From Lama glama (taxonomy: Eukaryota), in contig CM052816.1 of NCBI GenBank assembly GCA_028534125.1, positions 71,798,001 to 71,862,000 on the forward strand: a stretch of DNA of 64,000 nt. The letters run 5' to 3'. Under the pieces are notes generated by a model. It was not told the DNA's origin. It was given only the letters and a program-made list of their open reading frames with translations, and did not search any database. The position numbers and the translations under genes are program-made. Numbering within the stretch: position 1 is the stretch's first letter; every line of letters starts with the position of its first letter. Of the stretch, positions 52,301-64,000 are shown piece by piece.

Positions 52301-52987
52301 ACATAGGTTGTTGAAAATCTGTTTTGGACTTTAACTATCAGATATGAGACTACATTGTCAATTAAACACATTCCTAGCCAATATTGAAATTTAAATGAAT
52401 ACTTTTCTAAGTGAAAATTAGCTAATTTGATGGTATCAAATTCACCTCCAATTTTTTACCTCCTCTTTTATTTTAATCCCCACCCTCCCCCATGTTGGTG
52501 GAAAGTTTTCTCAAATATAAATCTTTTCTCCACTGAGCACCAAATCATGTTTCCATACTTTTATTAATAAATAGGATATGGTAAGGCAGCAGTGACCTCC
52601 AGTTTCTTACCAGCTGTGATTGCATCATTGTCATTATTGAAGCACCAACCAGTACTCCAAGCCTGTGGGCATGGCCCTTGCCAGCCACACTTACCCTAAC
52701 ATCCAGCTCTTTCCCTGGAGTGTAACTGTGGTCGTGCCTTGTGTCACTCTTAGGAACTGTGCCAGAAATGCCTGCTCTGTTTCGGGAAATTTGTTTTGAA
52801 TTCCAAAATGGCCTCAATTTTCATTTGGATTCTTTAATCCTAAAACTAATAATCTTTTTTTAAAAAAAAGACTCAAAAGCCAAGTTTGTGTTCATTTTGC
52901 AGCTGTCATTGTCTGTAGTATTTTCAGGAGACATTGCTACAGCCTCATTCACCTCAACATTTGGTTATTCTACCATACAAATTTCTT

Positions 52988-53227
52988 TTTTTGTTTAAAT
53001 TGAAGTATAGTCAGTTTATAATGTTGTGTTAATTTCTGGTGTACAGCATAGTGATTCGTTTATACATATATACATTCCTTTTCATATTCTTTTTCATTAT
53101 AGGCCATTTGAGGGTATTGAATATAGTTCCCTGTGCTGTACAGTAGGACCTTGTTGTTTATCTACTTTATGTATAGTAGTTAGTATCTGCAAATCCCAAG
53201 CTCCCAGTTTATCCCTCCCTACCCCCT
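52988..53227 (-). mobile_element. Young L1 3' UTR fragment
   Basis: aattgaagtatagtcagtttataatgttgtgttaatttctggtgtacagcatagtgattc; TSD CAAATTTCTT at 52978-52987 and 53228-53237. Confidence 0.92.
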
Positions 53228-55299
53228 CAAATTTCTTGAGTCTATTTATTTCTTCCCCTCTCATGTATCTCAACTGATTGTACTAGTTTATGGTTTGATT
53301 CCCAAGGAATAGTTTATTTGTTTTAAAAGATGTTACCAAGTCCACTCAACCTATACCGACATAAACAAAAATAAAGCAACGAATGTCTGAGATGATTTTC
53401 AAGTACACAGCTCATTACTCCATAACTATACCTGATAACAGTAGCATAATATCACAGGGTAAATTCATTTTTGCCTAATTAGATGATATTCATATGTAAT
53501 GAATTATATTTAAGAAAATACAATTTTTATGTTCAGGAAAAATTATTTCCTGGACAAAGAAAAGATTACCTTTAAGATTAAGTCTTCTAAATTAGCAAAA
53601 AACATTTCTTCTGGAAACTTACTTTAAATTCATTTTTTCCAGATGCAGAAAAAGAAGGAGTATGTTCTTTAAGGGAAGAAGCGGAGGCATCCAATAGTTA
53701 GAGATAGTTATTGATCGTATATCACAGAGTCTCAATTCTTTTTGCTGTAGAGGGGAAAATGGTGATATGTTGAAAGCATGGTTTTATTTTTCCTTCACTG
53801 AACCCTTTAAGGAAACCCTATATGAAAACTTTTTAAGGAAAAACAATAGTATATTTTCAAATAAAATCAATGCTCAAGTTCCCGTAAAACATTTCTGCAT
53901 CTGTTTAAAACCATTTCCATTTCATGCTCTTTTCTTATTTACAATTAGTGAAAACATGCTTTCAGGAACAGTGTATTGAACTGAAGTACGCTGTGTAGAC
54001 AACGTGAAGAAATCAGCTACTGCTGTATTTTAAAAGGAAGCTTATGTAAGGGGGAATCTCATATCTGCAACTAGAAATGTATGTTTTTATGAGTTAAATA
54101 ACTTTTTTTTACTACTGCCAGTTTTAATTCTTTAGGCCTAAAATATCTAATTCATGCACAAGATTATTGTTTAAGAAAATTATTACAATAGAAACAGGAA
54201 AAGATGGTTTATTTATATTTCAAACAAAGGGCAAAAATCAGTAATACAAAAATCATTCGTATATCCTGCTTCCTGAAGTTCTTATCTTTTCTCTAGAACT
54301 TAATGATTCAAAATGCAGATATCTGTCAGTTGATCCATTCTAGATTTATGATAGCTCACACTTGAGAATCAGTTTCCAGTGTCTCTTTTTTTTTCTTCTC
54401 TTTGCTAAGGAATTTTCACCATTTAAGGAACTTTGACCATCTAACTGTATCAGTTTAGTGTCCTGATATGTATTATTCTGAACTAAGAAAGCTGCACTGA
54501 AAGTAAGAAAAAATATAACAAATATAGACAAGTCTTAACTTCTTAATCTTGCCCTGGGTTTTTCTCTCCAGTTCTGTGAGAAATTTTTTCATGCATATCT
54601 TTATGGTTAGTGTGCTCGTTCCATTTGATGAAACACTTTAGACATCTAAACCCACAAATCATTTCTTCTTTCTTATTTGGACATTCTTAGAACAGTTACC
54701 CCCAAGCCCCAAGACCTTCATGCTCACAATGTAGAATCAGGTTTGACTGCAGTCTTTCTTTGCCCTCAGAGTCATCAGATCTTTTTGGACCTTACTACTG
54801 AGTCCAAAATTCTCTGAGATGCAGCTGATTCACCATTTCCTCAACCACCACTCTAATCCAAGAATGTGTCCTTGTGCATCTGAACAGCAACAACAGTCGC
54901 TAAACCACTCTTCTTTTCTCTCTTTTGTCTCAATTTTAAAGCCACTTGGAATGAACTTGACTTTGTCTGTCTCAGCACTAGCGGTGCAACCTTCTGTCAT
55001 GGAACTGTAGGAGTTCAGCCAGTTTCTTACGTTTTCCAACACAGCAGGCTCATTCTTATCTCTCTAATGATCATGCAAGTCTTCCATGGTTTCTTTCCAT
55101 TGTCTCCCTGCTCTGTTATTCATGAATTTCAATCCCAACTCATCTTTTCCTAAGTATTACCATTGCATGATTATCTGGGTTTATCTTAAATTTCCTCAGT
55201 GTGCTATAGAATTTGAGCTATATCATTATGTACTCATTTTCTTCTCAACCCATCTACTAGGGACTAAAATTTAATTTATTTCCTGTATTAGAGTCTTCC

Positions 55300-57150
55300 T
55301 TAGAGGAGAAATCTGGGCTGAGGATGAATTAGAGGAGTCATTAGCATTAAGATACATTTAAATCATGAAAATGGGTAAAATCAAGACACCAAGAAAAAGG
55401 TGTCCAAAAATAATAAGGCTCAATAATGAGGAGTAAGGAATTCAAGCATTTAGAAGCAAAAAGAAAAAGGAGAAATGAAAGAGGGAAAAAGGGAGTAGCC
55501 ACTCAGTTGAGGAAAACCAGGAAAGGATTGTTGTGAGAATTAAGAGAGGGCAGTATTTCAAGAAGGAGGGAGAGGTTGACTCTGGTGAAGATTGCTGAAA
55601 GTTTAAGTAATATAAATCAGAAAGTGGTCTATTTAAATAGGTCATCAGATGTCATTGTGATCTTGATAAGGACAGTTTCAGTGGAATTATGGTGTGAAAA
55701 ACCACTCTGTAGTGGTTTAAGGTACGAGAGGTGAAGACACGTGAACAACTAATGTATACAACTGTTATAAAAGTTTACCTTGGAAGGGGTACAGAGAAAT
55801 GGGACTCTAGGTGAGAAAAAGGGATGCATTTTTATTTATGATGGTGGGAGATTCTAGAGTATGTTTATATGCTGATGGAAATGATCTAGTAGAAGGGAAG
55901 ATAAAAGATAACTGAAGAAACCAGAGCCATGAAAAATGTGAGAAGAGGGCCTGAGGCCCAGAGGAGGAGTGTAGGAATTTGCATTTCATCCTGGGGGAGG
56001 GCCATCTTCCTCAACTGAAATAAGAGGGAAAGAAAAGAAGATAGATTTCAGAAGTTGGGATATTAGATCTGGTGGAGAAAGCATGGGACATTTCCTATCA
56101 AATGCCTTCTATTTTCTCAGTAAGATATGAAATGAATCCATCAGCTGATAATGAGTAGAATAAGGATGAGGAATGTTTGAAAAGAAGGGAGAATGTATAA
56201 AGCAGTCTTTCAGAGTGTAGGAGAAGTATGCCTTCTGTAAAAACAAGTATGAGTCTTTTATTCTCTTTCTCATTTTAGGAAGAACAAATAATCTGGACGA
56301 GATGGCTGGACATTACTGGGTGTCAATTTGATCTTTGAGTTTTAAAGGGAAACGAGCGACCTTCAATAGGGTGACTTCCTCCAGCAATATATAGCTGCTC
56401 ACATGAAGGCATAGAGAAGGTTGATCGTAGATATATTTCAGTGTCAAACAATTGAGGTTTTGCACGACAAGCACAAACATAGGAGAGAAATAAAAGAAGT
56501 AGAGGGTATTTGCAAGACTGTGTTAGAGTGATATCTTAGACGTCGGTCTGAATGAATGTGAACATGGAGCCAGGAGGACCAGAGACTAATGATACAGTGG
56601 TAAGAAAACATTTTGGAAACCTCATGAGATAGAAAAATGGTAGTGGTGATGGTGCTTTAGCAGATGGCCTAGAAATTGAATGTCTGAAATACAGATTTTA
56701 GGAGTTGATTGTCTGTTTCTGACAAAGGACAGGAAATGAATATAAGAATGAATTGCTTAGGAAGGATGAAGCAAAAGGTAAAGGTGAAGGTGAAGCTGAG
56801 GAAGTGGGTCTCTAAAATGTTTGTGTGTTCATCTCTGTGATTTTTAAGTCACCAAGAATGATAGCAGGCTTTTGGGAATAGTCTTAGGGAGATGACAGAT
56901 AAAATGTTAGATGGATAATGAAGTGTGTGCAAGACTATGGTAGGGAAGAAGGCTGAATAGACATATATAGGGTAGTTGTCTCAAGTGCCCAAGCAGAAAT
57001 AGTAATGGTAGTAATGGTCTGGAAGTCACAGAAAAGCAAAATGAGCATCAGCGCCAACTTCTTGGCCTTGACCTACATGTGGAACGAGAGAAAAAAACAG
57101 TCATCACTCAAAAGAGCAGCAGGGAAAGTTGTGCCTCCTTGGGAGAGTCA
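55300..57150 (-). mobile_element. Long degenerate L2 body
   Basis: gaaaaccaggaaaggattg; tcattgtgatcttgataaggacagtttcagtgga; ttctattttctcagtaagatatga. Confidence 0.65.
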
Positions 57151-57321
57151 CATTTTTAGTTAAGGTAGAAATGTTTTCCAACGTCCAGATTATTTGTTCT
57201 TCCTAAAATGAGAAATAAAATAAAAGACTCATAATTATAATGGAAGTCTTTGAAGATGTGTGTTCGTAGCCTGCACTTATTACGATGAAGTGAAAGCTGC
57301 CAATGAGGTAAAGAATATTGG

Positions 57322-57850
57322 TGTATTAGTCTTCTGCTGCTGTGTAACAAATTATCACAAATTCAGTGGCTTAAAACAATATCCATGTATTGGCTCACCA
57401 TTTTATAGATCAGAGTGTGGCATGGGATCATTGGGTTTTCCACAAAGGTTGAGTTTTCATCTAGAGGCTCTGATAAAGAATCTACTTACAAGCCATTTCT
57501 GGTTATTGGCCAAATTCAGTTCCTTATTGTTGTGGGACTGAAGTTTGTTTCTTTTCTGTCAGCCAGAGATTGCTTTCAAATGCTAGAGGTCAACTGCATT
57601 CTTTGGCACCAGTCCCCATCCACTTTCAAGCCAGAAATGGGGTATCAGTTCCTTCTCATGCTTAAATTCTGACTTCCTCTTCTGTCCCCACCCAGAGAAA
57701 ACTCTACTTTTGAAAGATTCATGTAATTAGGTTGGGCCATCTGAATGATCTCTTCCTTAGTGTTAACTATGCCATACATTGTAACCTAATCATGGGAGAA
57801 ACAGTTCCCAAAGATGAGGGTGGGAAATCTTGGGGACCATCTTAGAATTC
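57322..57850 (-). mobile_element. MLT1E-like solo LTR (ERVL-MaLR)
   Basis: tgtattagtc..gctgtgtaacaaattatcacaaattcagtggcttaaaacaa at left; aatcttggggaccatcttagaattc at right. Confidence 0.88.
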
Positions 57851-58204
57851 TTGGTAAGCAGTGAGAAAGGGCATCTATACCAAAACACTTCCGTTTCCCC
57901 AATTAGGTCATGTCTGCAGAACAGTTAGCAAAAGAATAAATTTTAAAAGACACCATTGAATTCTTAGGACCAGATTCTTAGTAATTTTTATTCAGGTATG
58001 TGAATATATTCTGAATGGACTCACTTTTTTTTTTTTAATTAAATGGTTAAATTTTGGTTGGGTTTCATGGAATGGCTTGAAAGGGCTGATGGCTTCAAAT
58101 GCTGTGTCTTACATGACTTGGTACATCCAGTGTGGAGCTTGCTAGTAAAATGGATGTTCTGGTCTATCAGAGAAGAAATATGATGAGAAATAAAGTAGTT
58201 ACTC

Positions 58205-58400
58205 CTGATTATGGAGCTGAGCAAAATGACTTTGAATCCCGTCTTTACACTAAGTGTATGATCATGGAACAGCCAGGAAATTCTTTAGTTTCCTAATCTG
58301 CAAATAGTGGTAAATGACCACCCCACTGACAGCTGTGGAATTAAAGACAATGTTTTAAAGGTGTCTGGAACATTATAGGTTCTCAATAATGTAAACAATT
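58205..58400 (+). mobile_element. MIR SINE
   Basis: tttgaatccc..agtttcctaatctgcaaata..taggttctcaataa. Confidence 0.7.
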
Positions 58401-59344
58401 AAAAGTGTGTGAATGGGAAAATAATACTAATTAATCCAGATTTCCATTTTATACCCTCAGCTTCTGTTTGTGTAAAATGTAGAGATTGAACAGAAGGATC
58501 TATAATGCTTCTTTAATCTTAATTATCTAAATGCTGTAGGATTTAGCACTAGTAACTAGTCACTGTAGAATGCATAACTTTGGAAGACACAATATAGAAC
58601 CCTAAAATGTAAGGAGTATGATAAGATTCAGTCTCATAAAAATTAACCACAAGATATTCTGCACATGAGAAAATGCACAGTATTCATAGAATAAGAATAT
58701 GAATAAATAGGTAAGAATCCTTGTGTAATTATGTAAGTGCAAGAACAGAGAAATCTAAAGTTCTATGTAAATATGTACAAAGGTAAGACTTTGTAAAGAA
58801 GCCAACAAATAAATTTATTTCTGAAGCAGGGATAAAGAGAGGAATATTAAAGCTATTAAGAAGGATTAAATAACACTTTGGTAAAGAAAACAGTGAGCAA
58901 AGTGAGCCCCCACCTTAGCTTGGTGGTAGAAATAAGAAAAGTGCACATCAAAGATGGCGGCATCTTTACGTCTTTCAAACTTATAAGGAAATTCTTCAAA
59001 CGTGCAGCTGGAAGAGAATGTCAGGAAGTTGATATTTTTCAGAGTCAAACTTGAGACTTGGGCAAGATGGGAAATTTGTGTTAGTCCATAAATAGAATGT
59101 GTCACTTAGAGAGATACCAAGATCTGCCTTGGTAAAACTGGTTGCCAACTGCGGGGAAATGGAACCTAAAACCAGAAGATGATTTAGGTCATAAGGAGGT
59201 AAAAGCTGTGACTACTCGTTACTCAATGCAGGCAGGCAGTTTAAGAAGAAAAAAAAAATACAGGTATATTGAAGTTTGAAAAGTGTATTGTCTTTTTTCA
59301 TTCATCTTATTGAATGTTTTAAAAAATTCATGACCAAATATTTG

Positions 59345-59545
59345 GAGAGGCTGCCTAGTGGCTAAATGAGTGGCCTCTGGAAGCTATAAGTCCTTGGGTG
59401 AAATATTTAACCTCTTGGGACCTCAGTTTCCAAATCTGGAAATAAGATAAAAATAGAAATAATGCACATTTCATGGAGCTGTGAGAAGATTCAAGGAGGT
59501 GAAATGGAAAACGCTGAGAAGACTACTTGGTGTCCAAGCATTGCT
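59345..59545 (+). mobile_element. MIR SINE
   Basis: ccttgggtgaaatatttaacctcttgggacctcagtttccaaatctggaaat. Confidence 0.8.
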
Positions 59546-62500
59546 GCCTTTCCCTTTGTATTGTGAGCCGTGCAGTCACTACGATGCTTGCAAGCAGAAT
59601 GGAATGTTAGGAACTGAGAGTTTTCACATTTATTTCAGAAGCACTCCTTTACCTGAGGCTCTCAGGAAGGAGCGAAATGAGTTTTAGAGAAACCAAGTCC
59701 CATACCTACCGTCACAGCGCTGTTCATAGCGAAGCCAGGGCTCCTGGGACCCACGGTGTGGAGAACTAGAGAAAGAGTGAGAGAAAGAGGAGAGGGAAGT
59801 GAAAGAAAAAATTAGCCGATCAGATCAAAGACTAAACAGAAAGAAGAGAACGTCAATCAGCATTATTCCTCAACAAATTGTTGCAGCATCTGAAAACAGT
59901 GATGAAATACTCATGGAAAGAAAAAGCAGAATGTATACAAAAACTCAGAATTGGCTTCCTACATCAACTTTTATTTTCATCTTTGAATTTGACCTAATCA
60001 ATATCATTCTGTAGGTTTGAAAAATATGACTCTTCTCTTAAAAGATTCATTTAGTGCAAACTTTCCGCAATCTTTTACGCCAGGTTCCTCCTGCAAATGC
60101 AGATTACTGAGTTAATAGTACCACACAGAATTTAGACTTGCTATTGTTTTAGCTCAGATCACATTCCAAGTTTTTACAAACCAGTTTAAGTTCTGGGTAT
60201 GTAGAAAATATACATTCTTTTATTGCCCACATCCCCAGTTTTGCTGGTTTATTCATCTTCTAGTTCTATTGAAGTTCAAACAGATTGGCTGTTATTTTTC
60301 TTGGAAATAATAATAGTCCATACATGATATATGAGTTATTGCTGCAATAACTCATTAAATGTTTCCCTGGACCTAATTAATAACAAGCCAGGCAAGGAGC
60401 ATCCATATGTAATTGTTTTGGTGTCAGCATAACTTACTGGAAGATCACATGAAGAGGTGATTCTTCTAAATATCCGTTCAAATAACATATTGATTCTTTT
60501 TTAAAGGAACTTGGCAAAGAAAAGGAAATTGTGCATGATTATTTAGTCTCCAGTTGAAAATCACTTAAAATAGTCTTTGATAGGTCAAAACAAATTTTAA
60601 TTTACACTATGTGATAAATAGCCTCATAATAATTTTGAATGATACAATTGACTTTGCAGAGAAGAAGCCAATTGCTTTGAAGAGCAGTGCAAATTATCGA
60701 AGACATTTTTATCCTCTCTCTTATTGATTCATTTCTATATAACAGAGGGGGAAAAGAAAATTGTAATTATAGCAGCGCTGTTTGTTCTATTATAAGTAGA
60801 GGACTACCAACATTTCTATTATTAACCCCTATTGTCACTGGTTTATGATCTCAGCAGTAAACCTGGCTTGGATGAGACCTCCTTGGGAGTACATTTTTTT
60901 TCACCGTGTTTCATAAGCCATTTGTCTATTTATGAATTATACAATTGCCAGAAATGATGTGTTCTCAAATAGGCTTTTGATTTCCAATCATTCTAGTTTA
61001 TGTTTTAAAATGAAAGCACTGGCTTCAAAATATTCTAAGGTCCTCTTGGCAGTCTTGGTTTGCCCTTTTGGTTTTCTTAATTCCCCACCCAGTCTGTCTG
61101 TTTAAGGCTAAATTTTAATATAAATTAATAAAACTTGGTCTCAGGCAGTTGGCTCACTTCACCCACGTTAACAATGGGCACAGATTGCCAGGTGGAAAAG
61201 TCAGCTGCGATGATTGGTATCAATGGCCATGCTGACTGAAATAGCACTGCCAGCTTTGTGACAGTTCACTTAGCCCATCAAGTGTGGCCAGAGACCTGGA
61301 GTATTTAACACACATTTTGAAACTTCTGAGTTACATAAGGACCAACAGAATTATTTCTTAGATTAAAAGCATTACATCATTTAAAAAATTATAAATACTA
61401 TCATACATATATGAAGATATGTATATGGTGTACATTTATATGCATTATATATTCTATATACATTATATAGAGTATGTGTGTATCATGTACAGTGAAAGAG
61501 AGGTAAAATAAACACCATATTCCACCGCCAGTTAAAGGCAGAGTGTAACTGAAGCCTTTATATTCCCTAGAAACCTCTCCATTATTGAATCTCTCTCCTT
61601 CCTCCAAGAGGTAATCAGGAGGTAATTTCCAAAAATAATCTCCATACCTTTCTTTATATTCTCCTGTAAATAACATGTACTCAGTTTTCTCATTTCAGGT
61701 GTTTAAATAACTGATATGATATTGAGTTATTCTTTAATCATTAAAAAAATTCCATTCAGTGAAATGTTTGGGGGAGGTTCATCCAGTATTTTATGAGGAG
61801 TATGAGTTCCTTTCCATGGCCTACAGTGTCCCTTTTTTTAGCCTACCACAACTTATTTATCCATTCTGCAGTTGGTGGATTTTGAAGAGTTTCCAGTGTT
61901 TTCGACACAGATTTATTTCACTGGTGCAGTCCCATAATTAGGAGCGAAACATTATTTAAGATAATTGTATGAATATGAATTCATGCCATTTCCACATTAG
62001 GTTCTTGAATATAATCTTTGAATTAACTTAGCCAAACTAGCTTCTGAATTACAAAGCTTGACAGACTTGCAATACACACTGAAGCATAAAGGTATTATTT
62101 TTTCTTTAAATCAGGACAGCTATCTCTAGCACGTGTTACATGTGCACACGGCTTCTCTCTCATTTGCGTGCTGGCTATGAGACGAGGGAGGCGTTGCCCG
62201 ACAGATTGCCCTGAGACTCTCTGTTCTGTCCATGCCTACAGATTGTTCCGAGGGACAGTGCTACGGAAGTGTTTATTTGCAGCCAGAGTCTATTAAGGGT
62301 TCGGTTTTAGTTTTAATCTTCCTCTTCCATGGCTCCTGCTGGCCCCTTCCTTTAAACTCTTGCTAGCGTTGTCCCTCCCATCTCGACAAGCCCTCTGTCT
62401 CAGTCTCTCCATGGTCTGGTCGTCATGGACTCTAATTCAGTCCTGATCTCCCATTCTGATTCTCGTCTGGTTTGCTGTCCTACACAAACACCTTTTGCCC

Positions 62501-62811
62501 TTTGGCATAAGTATTGCCTTATATATAATGCTATCCTCTAAATGTTTCTACCTTTCAAGTAATCACCTTCATATTTACTATCTTATTTGTAAAGTGCTTT
62601 CCTTGCATATGTTTTTATTCATCAATATACAAGGGCTATTGATGGCTTGGTACCAGAGCTGTTATTTCATTTGTATTTACTGCATGACTTTAGTAGGTAC
62701 TACTATTATTTCTGGCTTCTCAGGTTCCTGAATATTTTCCTTCTCCTTGGCCTGTCTTCTGCTCTGTATTTCAGAACTACCTTGATACCTAGATTCTAGA
62801 TCTTTAAAATG

Positions 62812-63990
62812 TCACTCACTTAGTCGTTTAACAAATATGCCTCGTGTACCTAATATGGAGCAAGCACTGTGCTAGACGCTGGGTAGGCAGAACAAAAGAA
62901 ACATGGCCCTTGACCTCAAGAAGTTCCCATTAGGAGTAAAAAAGTCACAAAAACATTATTAGAATACAAGATGGTAAATTGGAGTGGCAGAGATAAGCGC
63001 TGTGTATTATAGGAGCTTATAAAATTGATATGCATTTAACAGGGTAGGGAAAATAGACCACAGAAGTCTTCCTGGGTGAAAGCATTACGAATGAAGAGAT
63101 ATCTTGCAGGCAAAGGGGTAGGAGTAACCTCCCAGGCAGTGGGCAGAGCAGTAAGTGATGGACGCTGGAACAGATTAGCTCCTGTGACTAATGCAGCAAG
63201 AGCAAAGGCATGGAAACCACACATCTCTTGACAGGAAATTGCTAGAAAGTTACACTTGGGACAGAGAGGCGGTGAGGGGGCAGCATGAAATAATGAGGTT
63301 AGAAATAAAGGCAGTGGCCAGATTGTGGAAAGCCAGAATGTTATGGGAAAGAGCTAAGGCTTTTTCTTAAAGGTGAAAGGAAACTTTGAAAAAATTAAGG
63401 AGGAAATTGCAAAGGTCTGACTACTGTTTTAGATGGACTGTTTAAACATCAACCAGGGCAGATATGATGAAGTACGAAGACTGTTGCTGCCCTGCTCAGA
63501 GAGATGATGAGAAACTCTGAACCAAGGGAGGAAGAGAACAGAACGGAGTTCCAGAGCTTTCTATCTGTTTTCTGGTTTATTTTTCTTGGTACCTCTCTCC
63601 ACTGAACACCTGGCATCTCTATCCATTTATTTTATCCTCTCCTACTAGTCCGCAAGCTCTGTGAGGAGAGAGGTGATGTCTATCTTGATCATTGCTCCAA
63701 ATCCATCACCGGAAACAGTGCCTGGCACAAGCGACACTCAGGAAATACATGTGGGTCCAGTCAATGAATCATGTGAGAGGTGAGCACTGGATGTGACAGG
63801 GCTGATTTCCAGGTTTCCAACTTGAAAGACTCCTGTGTGGACCGGCATACCTCCAACTGAGAGACTGTAAAACACATTTAGGAAGGAATATGGGAAGTGA
63901 AGTCACAAAATCAATATTTTGTGAACTGTGTTGGGTGAATAATTTTCTAATCTCATGAGGTAATTGGGTTGAAATGTTACTATCATAAGA
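62812..63990 (-). mobile_element. L2 3' region interrupted by an opposite-strand L2 end
   Basis: cactcacttagtcgtttaacaaatat..caagcactgtgctagacgctggg; body resumes after ~63772 (gatttccaggtttccaacttg). Confidence 0.75.
63558..63771 (+). mobile_element. L2 3' end nested in opposite orientation
   Basis: gcaagctctgtgaggagagagg..aacagtgcctggcacaagcgacactcaggaaatac..atgaat. Confidence 0.75.
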
Positions 63991-64000
63991 TGATATTTGA

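Noticed and set aside
53630..53666. Possible 17-nt micro-exon (ttttttccAG..GA|GTATGT)
   Set aside because: Weak donor context, not frame-preserving, no supporting neighbouring exons
1..64000. CRISPR arrays, operons or prokaryote-type defence systems
   Set aside because: Sequence is mammalian non-coding DNA; no regularly spaced repeat-spacer array or long ORF cluster seen

Overview
AT-rich mammalian nuclear DNA, very probably from a camelid (alpaca/llama/camel), based on two tRNA-Ala-derived Vic-1-type SINEs. I recognise no protein-coding exon. The supplied ORFs are chance ORFs or decayed L1 ORF2 C-termini, so the window is a large intron or a gene desert. Much of it is transposon debris of several ages: L2, MIR, L3/CR1, old L1ME, L1MA/MB-like and younger L1 3' ends with target-site duplications (TSDs), MLT1 LTRs, and MER20, MER63 and Tigger2-type DNA elements. 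Repeat-free, motif-dense blocks lie between them and look like conserved enhancers (about 5.8-6.2, 7.6-8.0, 11.9-12.35, 13.7-15.4, 30.3-31.2 and 60.0-61.3 kb). Most notable: (1) a full-length U6 snRNA copy fused directly to an L1 3' end (36366-36742), whose 5' TSD was apparently re-used by a younger L1, leaving three copies of the target site; (2) a ~520-bp CpG-retaining, non-repeat insert at 21-538 with an A-tail and a perfect 12-bp TSD (candidate retrocopy or orphan L1 transduction); (3) perfect palindromes at 12300-12320 (nested RFX and AP-2 motifs) and 60331-60355. I found no convincing new biological system. Repeat family names come from recalled consensus sequences, and boundaries of old repeats are approximate.
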